Positions 9,658 through 19,122 of a stretch of 64,000 nucleotides of DNA are shown piece after piece. The notes under the pieces were generated by a model that worked only from the letters and a program-made list of their open reading frames with translations, was not told the origin of the DNA and searched no databases. The translations under genes were made by a program, and so were the position numbers. The stretch's first letter is position 1. Each line of letters begins with the position of its first letter. The DNA comes from Deltaproteobacteria bacterium (GTDB lineage: Bacteria; Bdellovibrionota; UBA2394), in assembly GCA_017302715.1 (NCBI GenBank), contig JAFLCD010000003.1:83154-147153 (forward strand), read 5' to 3'.

Positions 9658-10478
9658 TTTTTGATATTTCAAAAAAAATACTTTCTTCGGCTTTAATTTT
9701 TTTGTTTTGCATGCCGGTTTATTCGGCTGATCAAAAAGTAAAAGATTTTAGATCGACGAATCAAAAAGTGGCTTTGCTCGGGATGTTTACTGAAGGAATT
9801 GATGAGCCTACGGAGACAAAACTCGTTCAAGATTTTAGAAAATCAATCAATCGCTACTCTAGAAGTTATGGTACATCTTCGATTGCTGTTTTTAGTTTAC
9901 AGAAAAATGATGGAAAGAAATTTTTTCGACCCTCGGAACAGTCGCTTGTAGAGTCTCAAAAGAAATTTCTTATTTCGGCTGCTAAAGATAATTCGGTAGA
10001 TATCATTGTGCTTGGTAGTTTGCGTCGATTAGATAGTGAAATTGAAGCGGAACTTCAGCTCTATGATCAGCGAATTGATACAGCATCTGCCGTAGAAAAA
10101 GCTCATTTTCCTTTGGCTGATTTTCATAAGGCCATCGAGACTTTAGTTTATCGAACGATGAATTATATGGATCGCGATGGATATGTTCATATGAGCGGCC
10201 AAGATTTCTTGGAACCTCCAGCGTCTTCTAATTCTGCACTCGCTCTTGATTCTTTGAAACCCGCAAAAAATGAATTTTCAATTAATCCTTCTGATTTAAG
10301 TTCGGGCGCTTTGGCTGGAGACGTTTCGATTGGTGGAGAGAAAACTCCCTTTTGGGAAACGTGGTGGTTCTGGACAATTCTTGGGGGCTCTTTAATTACC
10401 GCAGGTTCGCTGACGTATTATTTTGCTGTGGTGGACCAGCCGCCTAAACAAGCAAACGTTCATTTTAATCAGCCTTAA
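9654..10478 (+). CDS. secreted protein with conserved C-terminal 'WWFW' Gly-rich transmembrane anchor (paralogue 2)
   Basis: 274 aa with a signal peptide. Start overlaps the preceding stop (ATGA). C-terminus: ...TPFWETWWFWTILGGSLITAGSLTYYFAVVDQPP... Confidence 0.55.
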   Translation: MIFDISKKILSSALIFLFCMPVYSADQKVKDFRSTNQKVALLGMFTEGIDEPTETKLVQDFRKSINRYSRSYGTSSIAVFSLQKNDGKKFFRPSEQSLVESQKKFLISAAKDNSVDIIVLGSLRRLDSEIEAELQLYDQRIDTASAVEKAHFPLADFHKAIETLVYRTMNYMDRDGYVHMSGQDFLEPPASSNSALALDSLKPAKNEFSINPSDLSSGALAGDVSIGGEKTPFWETWWFWTILGGSLITAGSLTYYFAVVDQPPKQANVHFNQP

Positions 10479-12212
10479 TTATTTTAAGTCTTGGCAGTGA
10501 ATAAAAAGCTGTTCATCTGCTTTGATTTCGATGAATCCAGAATATATTTGCGAAGAACTTTCACAGCGAATCGCATGGCTTCCTTCGGCAAGTGGAATAG
10601 CTCGCGCATTTGGTCCAGGAACGGTGCCGCGAGGTTGGCCATCAATATAGAGTTGAGCAAATCCTGTGGGTGGAGCAATCACATCAATTCTTCCCATCCG
10701 TGTCGTTTTTGGAACAGATGGAAAATGTTCTCTCACAGAGTTTTCATTTAACGTTTGAGTGATCGTAGGTTTTTTCTTCGACTTAGGAGCAGGTGCTGCT
10801 ACCGGCGCCTCTATCGCATCTTTATCTGTAGGCTTTAAAATATTTTGTACATGAGCCGATTGTTTTGCAGGCGACTTATCGGGCAATGGAATATTAATTT
10901 CTTTTGAATTTTTTTGAGTAGCTGGAACTTCTTCAAGTTGCTCCATTTGAGTTTCGTGCGTGGAATCTTGCTTCTTAGGCAAAATAAAAAATCCAATCAT
11001 CAGTAATGCGCAAACCGCGGCTGCAATTCTTACCGGCTTTTTTGCAAAAAAATGAGTGATGGCTCGTGGATTCGCGGTAGCCGTTTTTTCTACCTTGCTT
11101 CTCTGAAATGTTTCCATCTCACTCATCGGAGTTGCTTTAAAAGAAATATGCGTTCTTGCATTTTGAATTTGTTGAGTGGGAGTGGCGGGAACATCAGCAA
11201 GTGCACGTAAGAGCTTTTGCTTCTCTTCGACAATCTCGCTAGCAAATAAAGTCTGCATAAAGGCAGCAAGATCTTGAGAGCCAAACGAATATTTTTTCTC
11301 ATAAGCAAGACGGGTAAGATCGGTCAGCATCTCACCGGCAGTTTGATATCGCTTAGAAGTATCTTTTGTTAAAGCTTTTAAAACAATTTGATCGAGTTCT
11401 ACTGGAATCTGTTCATTCTTTTCAGAAGGCGGATAGACTTTTCCTTCCTTTACACGCTCCAAAGTTTCGAGATCTGTCTTCGATCTAAATAATCTTTCAG
11501 AAGTTAAAAGTTCATGCAGAATCACTCCGCAGGCATAGATATCGCTCGTTTGCGAAACGATTTTTCCTGAAGCTTGCTCAGGAGACATATAGCTAAATTT
11601 GCCTTTAAGCACTCCTGCTTCAGTCTTTGAAATTTTTGATGCGGCTTTAGCGATTCCGAAATCTAAAATTTTAACTTCGCCTTCGTAAGAGAGAATGATG
11701 TTTTGTGGGCTCATGTCTCGATGGACAATCGAGAGTGGCGTATCATCGGAATCCGATTTTCGATGCGCGTAATCGAGGCCCTTAAGAACTTCGGTTAAGA
11801 TCATTACGGATTGCTCAACTGTCAAATGCAGAGATTTTCCAGAAGCTGCGCGAGTAATATCTCTTAAATTTTTTCCCTCTATGTATTCCATGGCGATGTA
11901 GAGAGTGCCATCGACTTCGCCGAGCTCATAAATCTGAACGATATTTGCCTGAGTAAGACGAGCAGCGATTTTAGCTTCGTCTTCAAACATTTCTACGAAT
12001 TCAGGATCTTCGCTTAAGTGCTGAAGAATTTTTTTGATAACGATAATTTTTTCAAATCCGCGAACACCGACTTGCTTAGCTTTAAAGATTTCTGCCATTC
12101 CACCGACGGCAATACGTTCCAAAAGGTAATAATGCCCGAAGGAATGAACACGAAATGATGGGGTTTTTTCCATGGCCTTAGTAGACAGAAACTCCTTTTT
12201 TAAGAATAACAT
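10479..12212 (-). CDS. Hanks-type serine/threonine protein kinase with transmembrane segment and C-terminal PEGA-like extracytoplasmic domain
   Basis: GxGxxA loop (GGMAEIFKAK), catalytic loop (HRDMSPQNIIL), DFG motif (DFGIAK). One TM helix (AAAVCALLMIGFFILP), then a C-terminal beta-rich domain. The start may instead be the second ATG at 12173. Confidence 0.85.
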   Translation of the reverse strand: MLFLKKEFLSTKAMEKTPSFRVHSFGHYYLLERIAVGGMAEIFKAKQVGVRGFEKIIVIKKILQHLSEDPEFVEMFEDEAKIAARLTQANIVQIYELGEVDGTLYIAMEYIEGKNLRDITRAASGKSLHLTVEQSVMILTEVLKGLDYAHRKSDSDDTPLSIVHRDMSPQNIILSYEGEVKILDFGIAKAASKISKTEAGVLKGKFSYMSPEQASGKIVSQTSDIYACGVILHELLTSERLFRSKTDLETLERVKEGKVYPPSEKNEQIPVELDQIVLKALTKDTSKRYQTAGEMLTDLTRLAYEKKYSFGSQDLAAFMQTLFASEIVEEKQKLLRALADVPATPTQQIQNARTHISFKATPMSEMETFQRSKVEKTATANPRAITHFFAKKPVRIAAAVCALLMIGFFILPKKQDSTHETQMEQLEEVPATQKNSKEINIPLPDKSPAKQSAHVQNILKPTDKDAIEAPVAAPAPKSKKKPTITQTLNENSVREHFPSVPKTTRMGRIDVIAPPTGFAQLYIDGQPRGTVPGPNARAIPLAEGSHAIRCESSSQIYSGFIEIKADEQLFIHCQDLK

Positions 12213-12216
12213 AAGT

Positions 12217-13146
12217 ATGGCGCAACTTATTGAACGCTATGAAGATTTCGCGTCAACCAACGGCGTGGCGATTTGCTTAGGGAATTTTGATGGCGTGCAT
12301 TTGGGGCATCAAAAGCTTTTGCAAACTTGTCTCGATGTCGCCAAGCGCCAGCGCTTAGCTTCGATGATTTTTACATTTAAGCCTCATCCCATGAAAGTTT
12401 TGCGTCCGGCGTCAGCCCCTAAACTTTTGATGACTTATGAAGAGCGGCGTGAATTTTTAAATCAGATGGGATTCGATTTTATTTTAGAACAAGAGTTCAC
12501 TAAAGAATTTGCGACAATTTCGGCTGAAAAATTTACGAAAGAAATTTTATCTCAAACCTTATGTGCTAAAGAAATTATTGTTGGCGATAATTTTACTTTT
12601 GGACATATGGCAAAAGGCAATATGGCTTTATTAAAAGCAAGTTCAGATTTTCATACGACTCCGGTGGATGTGCTCACAAAAGAAAATGCCCCTATCAACA
12701 GTACGCGCATTCGAAAAGATATCGCGGAAGGCCGCATAGAGAGTGCTAATGTGTTACTTGGTAGAGAATATTTTTTAAGAGGTGAGGTTGTCGAAGGAAA
12801 AAAACTCGGAGCGCAATTAGGATTTCCTACTGCGAATTTAAGGACTGCTCGAGAGGCTTTACCCAAAAATGGAATCTATTTTTGTCGCGCTAAAATTTTT
12901 AGATCCGAAGTTTCTTTTCCAGCAGCTGTAAGTATTGGCACCAATCCCAGCATTTTGGATGCAGACTCTTCTATTAAAATAGAAGCTTATTTATTGGATT
13001 TCTCTGAAAATCTTTACGGTCAGCAGCTGCAACTCGAGTTTTTAAAGCGACATCGAGACGAAATGAAGTTTTCGAATTTAGAAGAATTGAAGACAGCTAT
13101 CGCTGCGGATGTCTTAGAACTACGCAAATTTTTCAAAGCTAACTAG
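12217..13146 (+). CDS. ribF: bifunctional riboflavin kinase / FMN adenylyltransferase
   Basis: FAD-synthetase N-terminal motif (GNFDGVHLGHQKLL) plus a C-terminal riboflavin kinase domain. Start set at the internal ATG (MAQLIERY) to avoid overlap with the divergent kinase start. Confidence 0.85.
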   Translation: MAQLIERYEDFASTNGVAICLGNFDGVHLGHQKLLQTCLDVAKRQRLASMIFTFKPHPMKVLRPASAPKLLMTYEERREFLNQMGFDFILEQEFTKEFATISAEKFTKEILSQTLCAKEIIVGDNFTFGHMAKGNMALLKASSDFHTTPVDVLTKENAPINSTRIRKDIAEGRIESANVLLGREYFLRGEVVEGKKLGAQLGFPTANLRTAREALPKNGIYFCRAKIFRSEVSFPAAVSIGTNPSILDADSSIKIEAYLLDFSENLYGQQLQLEFLKRHRDEMKFSNLEELKTAIAADVLELRKFFKAN

Positions 13147-13375
13147 TCGACTCTGAAAAAACTGCAGTTTATAAACACCGTCAAAAAAAATTAGGTGATA
13201 TTTGTCGAGCTACCTAAATCTCTGAATTTGCTTTTTATTTTTTCCATTTTTTCGGATTCGGCACCGCAGCATCGAAAATCTTCAGCGCCCGAAATTGGCG
13301 CAAGTCGTCACAAATTGTCTAATTCGCGCTAAACTAAGGAGTCGCATGATGACCTAAGAGGGGGGTCTTTTCACA

Positions 13376-15091
13376 ATGGCTGGAGCACCATCAAATAGAC
13401 TTGGCGAGCTGCTGATTAAAGAAAATTTAATTTCAGCTTCTCAACTTATGAAAGCTCAAGAGGCGTCGCGCTCAAACGGCGGTCGCTTGAGTTTCAATTT
13501 AACAAAATTAGGTTTCATTAAAGAAGCCGATCTTACAAATTTTCTCAGTAAGCAATTTGGAGTTCCCTCGATCGATCTCAGCTCCTTTGAAGTAGATGAC
13601 GAGATCATCGCGTTGATTCCTCAAGACGTCGCAGAAAAACATTTAGTAATCCCTGTTAACAAAGTTGGAAGTAATTTGATCGTTGCGATGAGTGATCCCA
13701 GCAATATTTTTGCTATCGACGATATTAAATTTTTAACCGGATACAATATCGAAGTTGTCGTAGCTTCTGAGCAAGCCATCAAAGAGTCCATCGAAAAATA
13801 TTATCAAAGCGATACGATGAAATTTTCTGAAGTCATGGCCGACTTTGAAGATGATGATATGGAGATTGTCGCTGGTGAGTCGGATCTCGATCTTGCCGAG
13901 CTTGAGAAATCCTCTGAAGATGCTCCTGTAGTTAAACTGTGTAATCTTATTTTAATGGAAGCTATCAAAAAAGGTGCTTCTGATATTCATATCGAGCCTT
14001 ACGAAAAGGAATTGCGTGTTCGCTATCGTGTGGACGGCGTTCTTGTTGAGCAGATGAAGCCACCTGTGAAATTGAGAAATGCAATTAGCTCACGTATTAA
14101 GATTATGTCGTCTCTCGACATTGCTGAAAGACGCCTTCCTCAGGACGGTCGTATTAAACTTAAATACGCTAAAGGCAAAGAAATGGACTTTCGGGTTTCT
14201 GTTTTGCCAACCCTCTTCGGCGAAAAAATTGTTTTACGTCTTTTAGATAAAGGAAACTTGCAACTCGATATGACGAAGCTCGGCTTTGAAGAAGCTGCGC
14301 TTAAAGATTTTAAGAAAGCGATTCATCAACCTTTCGGAATGGTGCTTGTAACGGGTCCAACAGGTTCCGGTAAAACAACGACACTTTATTCTGCACTTTC
14401 AGAGCTCAATCAAATTACAGAAAATATTTCGACTGCAGAAGATCCAGTGGAATTTAACTTGCTTGGTATCAATCAAGTGCAGATGCACGAAAGTATCGGA
14501 CTTAATTTCGCGGCTGCTTTGCGATCTTTTCTTCGACAAGATCCCGACATCATCATGGTGGGGGAAATTCGGGACTTTGAAACGGCAGAAATTTCGATTA
14601 AGGCCGCTCTTACAGGTCACTTGGTTCTTTCGACCTTGCACACGAACGATGCTCCAAGCACTGTCAGTCGACTTTTGAATATGGGTATTGAGCCTTTCTT
14701 AGTTGCTTCTGCTCTCAATGCGATTGTTGCTCAACGTTTGGCTCGAAAAATTTGTACGGAGTGCAAAGAAGAATTGAAAGTTCCTGTTCAGACTCTTCTC
14801 GATATCGGAGTGAATCCAGATATTGCAGCTTCGATGAAGGTTCATCACGGCAAAGGTTGCAGCAATTGCTCGAACACCGGATACAAAGGTCGAGTCGCTC
14901 TTTATGAAGTCATGATCATGAAAGATGAGCTTAAAGAATTTATTTTAAACGGAGCGAGTACGGCTGAACTTAAACGCGAAGCTATTCGCTTAGGAATGCA
15001 AACTCTTCGTATGAGTGCCGTTAATAAAATTCGTGATGGGATAACGACGATCGAAGAAACCGTTCGAACAACGGCAAGCGATAATTCTTAA
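13376..15091 (+). CDS. pilB: type IV pilus assembly ATPase PilB (GspE family)
   Basis: 571 aa. N-terminal GSPII domain, Walker A (GPTGSGKTTT), Asp/His boxes, tetracysteine motif (CTEC...CSNC). Confidence 0.9.
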   Translation: MAGAPSNRLGELLIKENLISASQLMKAQEASRSNGGRLSFNLTKLGFIKEADLTNFLSKQFGVPSIDLSSFEVDDEIIALIPQDVAEKHLVIPVNKVGSNLIVAMSDPSNIFAIDDIKFLTGYNIEVVVASEQAIKESIEKYYQSDTMKFSEVMADFEDDDMEIVAGESDLDLAELEKSSEDAPVVKLCNLILMEAIKKGASDIHIEPYEKELRVRYRVDGVLVEQMKPPVKLRNAISSRIKIMSSLDIAERRLPQDGRIKLKYAKGKEMDFRVSVLPTLFGEKIVLRLLDKGNLQLDMTKLGFEEAALKDFKKAIHQPFGMVLVTGPTGSGKTTTLYSALSELNQITENISTAEDPVEFNLLGINQVQMHESIGLNFAAALRSFLRQDPDIIMVGEIRDFETAEISIKAALTGHLVLSTLHTNDAPSTVSRLLNMGIEPFLVASALNAIVAQRLARKICTECKEELKVPVQTLLDIGVNPDIAASMKVHHGKGCSNCSNTGYKGRVALYEVMIMKDELKEFILNGASTAELKREAIRLGMQTLRMSAVNKIRDGITTIEETVRTTASDNS

Positions 15092-15118
15092 GTTTAATTA
15101 AAGGAAAGTGAGAACACT

Positions 15119-16312
15119 GTGGAAAGAGAAGACGAAAAAGCTATTTCACCAGATATGTTGCCTGATAATTCCTCGCTAACTCTTCAGGTGCTTTTAAAAA
15201 CGATGCTTGAAAAAGGTGCGAGCGATTTGCATATAACTGCTGCAACGCCTCCTGTTCTGCGAGTGGATGGAATTTTGATTCCGTTAAAGTTGCCGGCGTT
15301 GAGTCCGACGGATTGTAAGCGTCTTTGTTACAGTATTTTAACCGACTCTCAAAAATCTCGATTTGAAGAAGATAATGAACTCGATCTTTCGTTCGGTATG
15401 AAAGGTCTTGCTCGATTTCGTTGCAATCTTTTCGTGCAAAGAGGTGTGGTGTCTGGTGCATTTCGACAAATTCCATTTAAAATTTCTACACTTCAAGAGC
15501 TTGGAATGCCTCCTATTGTTGGCGAACTTTGTGAGCGTCCCCGGGGGCTCATTCTTGTAACCGGACCAACAGGTTCTGGTAAATCCACAACTCTTGCCGC
15601 AATGATCGATAAAATTAATCGTGAAACTCATCAACATATTTTAACGATTGAAGATCCAATCGAGTTTTTGCATCCTCACAAAAGTTGCATCGTCAATCAG
15701 CGCGAAGTAAATGCAGATACCGAAAGTTTTACGAAAGCACTCAAATACGTTCTTCGACAAGACCCTGATGTGGTGATGGTGGGAGAACTTCGAGATCTCG
15801 AAACGATTGAAGCGGCACTTGCGATCGCAGAAACCGGTCACTTATGTTTTGCGACTTTGCACACAAACTCAGCTCTTCAAACCATTAATCGGTTAGTGGA
15901 TGTTTTTCCTTCACATCAACAGCCACAAATTCGTGCTCAGCTTTCATTCGTTTTAGAGGGAATTATTTCACAAACTTTAATCGAAAAAGCTTCAGGCGTG
16001 GGACGAGTGATGGCCTATGAAGTTTTAATTCCTACGCCTGCGATTCGAAATTTAATTCGCGAAGATAAAGTTCATCAAATTTATTCGCAAATGCAAATTG
16101 GTCAGGGCAAGCATGGAATGAACACGCTCAACCAGTCTCTTGTTCAACTTTATCAACGTCGCATGATCACGATGGATCAAGCACTCTCTTGCAGTAGTGA
16201 TCCTGAAGAAGTTCGTACGATGATTATGAATCAAGGCGGTGGAGTAACTGCCAATGGAATGCCTGGCGGACAAACAGCTAGAGCAAAAGCAGAAGGTACA
16301 AAGAAAGGATAA
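15119..16312 (+). CDS. pilT: twitching-motility retraction ATPase PilT (with N- and C-terminal extensions)
   Basis: Walker A (GPTGSGKSTT), PilT-type motifs and AIRNLIRE. GTG start after an AAGGAAAG RBS. 397 aa is longer than typical PilT. Confidence 0.85.
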   Translation: MEREDEKAISPDMLPDNSSLTLQVLLKTMLEKGASDLHITAATPPVLRVDGILIPLKLPALSPTDCKRLCYSILTDSQKSRFEEDNELDLSFGMKGLARFRCNLFVQRGVVSGAFRQIPFKISTLQELGMPPIVGELCERPRGLILVTGPTGSGKSTTLAAMIDKINRETHQHILTIEDPIEFLHPHKSCIVNQREVNADTESFTKALKYVLRQDPDVVMVGELRDLETIEAALAIAETGHLCFATLHTNSALQTINRLVDVFPSHQQPQIRAQLSFVLEGIISQTLIEKASGVGRVMAYEVLIPTPAIRNLIREDKVHQIYSQMQIGQGKHGMNTLNQSLVQLYQRRMITMDQALSCSSDPEEVRTMIMNQGGGVTANGMPGGQTARAKAEGTKKG

Positions 16313-16315
16313 TCT

Positions 16316-17536
16316 ATGGCGCTTTATAAATGGGAAGGTGTCGCTCGAAATGGACAAATCAAATCGGGAACTAAGGAAGCACCTACAGAAGCAGCGATGC
16401 TTCAGTTTCTTCGCTCGCAACAGATTCGTCCAAAAAAACTTTCAGCTGTAAAAACGGGTGGCTTAGGTGGCTTCAATTTTGCTTTTGGCAGCGGCGTTTC
16501 ACAGAAAGAGCTTGTCGTTTTCTCTCGTCAGTTCGCGACGATGATTGATGCAGGTCTTCCTCTTGTTCAATGTTTAGAAATTTTGGGAAATCAGGCAGAA
16601 AATCCTGCGTTTAAAAAAGTAATCAAAGGAGTTCAGGTCGACGTTGAAGGCGGTAGCACTTTTGCCGATTCACTCAAAAAATATCCGGATGTCTTTGATT
16701 CTCTCTATGTGAACCTTGTGGCCGCTGGAGAAGTGGGCGGTATTCTCGACGTTATTTTACAAAGACTTTCGGCTTATCTTGAAAAAGCTGCGAAATTAAA
16801 AGGCCAAGTAAAATCGGCGATGGTTTATCCTATTGCGATTGCTGGGGTCGCCGTTTTAGTTATTACCGTTCTTCTTGTTTGGGTTATTCCTATTTTTGAA
16901 AATATGTTTAAAGAATTTGGTGGCGCCGCACTCCCAGCCCCGACTCAAATTGTTATCAATTTAAGTAAATGGACTCAGCATAATTTTATTTTTCTCGTTA
17001 TGTTTGGAGTGGGGATGATCTTTTTGTGGAAGTGGATCAGAAAAAATCCACGTACGCTTGAAATCACAGACGACATTTTCTTAAAGCTTCCAATCTTTGG
17101 TCCGCTCATTCGAAAAGTTGCTGTTGCAAGATTTACGCGAACTCTTGGAACGATGATTTCTTCGGGGGTTCCTATTCTCGAAGCTCTTGATATTACCGCG
17201 CGAGCTGCCGGAAATAAAACTGTTGAGAAAGCAATTTATAGAGCTCGACAAAGTATCTCTGAAGGTAAATCGGTTGCGGAACCTATTGCGCAGAGCAAAG
17301 TATTTCCGCCGATGGTTTGTCAGATGATTAACGTCGGAGAACAAACCGGTGCTCTCGATACGATGCTTGGAAAAATCGCGGACTTTTACGATGAGGAAGT
17401 AGATGCCGCGGTAAAAGGCCTAACGAGTTTGATGGAACCTGCGATGATGGTGATTCTTGGGGGAATCATCGGGGGACTCGTTGTGGCGATGTATCTTCCT
17501 ATCTTCGAATTGGCAGGAAATCTTAAAGCGGGTTGA
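16316..17536 (+). CDS. pilC: type IV pilus inner-membrane platform protein PilC (GspF family)
   Basis: 406 aa with two GspF repeats and 3 TM segments, positioned after pilB/pilT as in canonical loci. Confidence 0.9.
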   Translation: MALYKWEGVARNGQIKSGTKEAPTEAAMLQFLRSQQIRPKKLSAVKTGGLGGFNFAFGSGVSQKELVVFSRQFATMIDAGLPLVQCLEILGNQAENPAFKKVIKGVQVDVEGGSTFADSLKKYPDVFDSLYVNLVAAGEVGGILDVILQRLSAYLEKAAKLKGQVKSAMVYPIAIAGVAVLVITVLLVWVIPIFENMFKEFGGAALPAPTQIVINLSKWTQHNFIFLVMFGVGMIFLWKWIRKNPRTLEITDDIFLKLPIFGPLIRKVAVARFTRTLGTMISSGVPILEALDITARAAGNKTVEKAIYRARQSISEGKSVAEPIAQSKVFPPMVCQMINVGEQTGALDTMLGKIADFYDEEVDAAVKGLTSLMEPAMMVILGGIIGGLVVAMYLPIFELAGNLKAG

Positions 17537-19119
17537 TGATGCGAGAACGAATTAAATGGTTGATGACGTTTCGTGTTGCCTTCGTGCTTGTCATGGGGGC
17601 AACAGGTGCTGCCTTGCAATCGGTCTATCATGATCCGATTGCAGCGGAACTCATTTTTCTTTTGAAAGCTGGAATCGGATTTAGTTTAATTGCGATTCCT
17701 AGCTTTTATTTTTTGAAAAATTCTAGGGCCATTTCAATTCATGCCTGGACTCAAATTATTTGGGATATCGGATACACAAGCGCACTTGTTTACGTCACAG
17801 GTGGACTCTATTCGACCTTCATCATGCTCTATGCAATTCATATCTTACTGACGGCTTCAGTTTTTCTTTCAAGGGGTGCTTTGGTGGCTGGCGCTATTTC
17901 AGCTTTAAGTTTGATAAGCGTTGGCATTTTTCAAGTTGGAAAGCAAATTTATTTAGAACCCAATTTATTTTCGAGATCTCTTTTTAGTGCAAGCGCTCTG
18001 CTTTTGTTTGGAGCCTTCGTAGCATTTTTATTTAAAAATAGAGAGCAACTCGCGAAAAATTTAGAGAAAACTTCCGCCGATCTTAAAGGCTTAAATGATT
18101 TACATTCAGCTATTGTGGACCACGTTCCCTCGGGAATTTTATATTCGGATGCCCATGCCAATGTTCAACTGATGAATCAGGCGGCTCTTCAAATTTTAGA
18201 GCGATCTTATGTGGGAGAAAATCTTAAACGTTCAAATATCGAATTCTTAATTAAAAGCGATGGTCGATTTGAATCAGACTTTAAGAGCGAAAAGTCTCAA
18301 AAAATAATCGGACATCATTTAACCAAATTGCCTAACGGCGGTTGGGTCATTGTATTTCAAGATGTAACTCAGATTCGTGAGCTTGAAACAAAAGTTCAAC
18401 TTCAAGATAAACTTGCAAGCGTTGGGCAGCTAGCCGCAGGGATCGCACATGAAATTCGAAATCCTTTGGCGAGTTTGAGTGGATCGATTCAGCTTTTAAA
18501 ATCTGAAATGTCGATTAAAGAATCTTCTGACAAACTTATGAAAATTGTTTTGCGAGAGACAGATCGCTTAGATCACTTACTCCAAAGCTTTTTAAATTAT
18601 GCGAAGCCTTCGCATCTTCAATTAGAGAGAATTAATGTCTCTGAATTCGTGGATGAAATTCTTAGTCTCATTAAAAATCAGCCTGCGATTCAGTCGCATA
18701 AAATTTCAATTAAAACGAGTATAGATAAAAATTTATTTTGCTTTGTCGATCCTCGACATCTTAAGCAAATTTTTTGGAATCTTATAAAAAACTCAATTGA
18801 AGCGATTCGTGAGAGCGGCGAGATTTTGATTAAGGCGAGTGAGCGAGATCACGATGGTGAAGCGATGATTGTGTTTTCTGTTGAAGATACGGGCGCTGGA
18901 ATTAGCAAAGAAATTTTAGACAAAGTTTTTGATCCGTTCTTTTCTACAAAGGATTCAGGAACAGGACTCGGTTTAGCTTTGGTATATCAGTTGGTGAAAT
19001 CTCATTCAGGTCAAATGGGTGTGGAGAGTGAACCAACTCGCGGAACAAAATTTTGGTTTGCTTTATTGAAAGATGGACCTGCTGAAGAACGTTCTCTCTC
19101 AGCAGCGTCAGGAGGGTAA
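17533..19119 (+). CDS. pilS: sensor histidine kinase PilS-like (polytopic N-terminus, HisKA, HATPase)
   Basis: About six N-terminal TM helices, H-box (AAGIAHEIRNPL), and G1/G2 boxes (EDTGAGIS, GTGLGLAL). ATGA overlap with pilC; sits upstream of the sigma-54 regulator. Confidence 0.75.
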   Translation: MMMRERIKWLMTFRVAFVLVMGATGAALQSVYHDPIAAELIFLLKAGIGFSLIAIPSFYFLKNSRAISIHAWTQIIWDIGYTSALVYVTGGLYSTFIMLYAIHILLTASVFLSRGALVAGAISALSLISVGIFQVGKQIYLEPNLFSRSLFSASALLLFGAFVAFLFKNREQLAKNLEKTSADLKGLNDLHSAIVDHVPSGILYSDAHANVQLMNQAALQILERSYVGENLKRSNIEFLIKSDGRFESDFKSEKSQKIIGHHLTKLPNGGWVIVFQDVTQIRELETKVQLQDKLASVGQLAAGIAHEIRNPLASLSGSIQLLKSEMSIKESSDKLMKIVLRETDRLDHLLQSFLNYAKPSHLQLERINVSEFVDEILSLIKNQPAIQSHKISIKTSIDKNLFCFVDPRHLKQIFWNLIKNSIEAIRESGEILIKASERDHDGEAMIVFSVEDTGAGISKEILDKVFDPFFSTKDSGTGLGLALVYQLVKSHSGQMGVESEPTRGTKFWFALLKDGPAEERSLSAASGG

Positions 19120-19122
19120 CAC

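Noticed and set aside
12172-12216. Tracked ORF start for ribF at 12172 (MALVDRNS...)
   Set aside because: It would overlap the divergent kinase start by about 40 nt. The internal ATG at 12217 gives a conventional RibF N-terminus.
13330-13375. Mini-ORF ATG-ATG-ACC-TAA with an AAGGAG RBS just upstream of pilB
   Set aside because: Three codons only. Could be a leader or uORF, but it is indistinguishable from chance, and the SD-like sequence may simply serve pilB via GAGGGGGG.
15119-15154. Alternative ATG start for pilT at 15155 (MLPDNSS)
   Set aside because: The GTG at 15119 has a better-placed AAGGAAAG RBS. Either start is possible and the functional call is unaffected.
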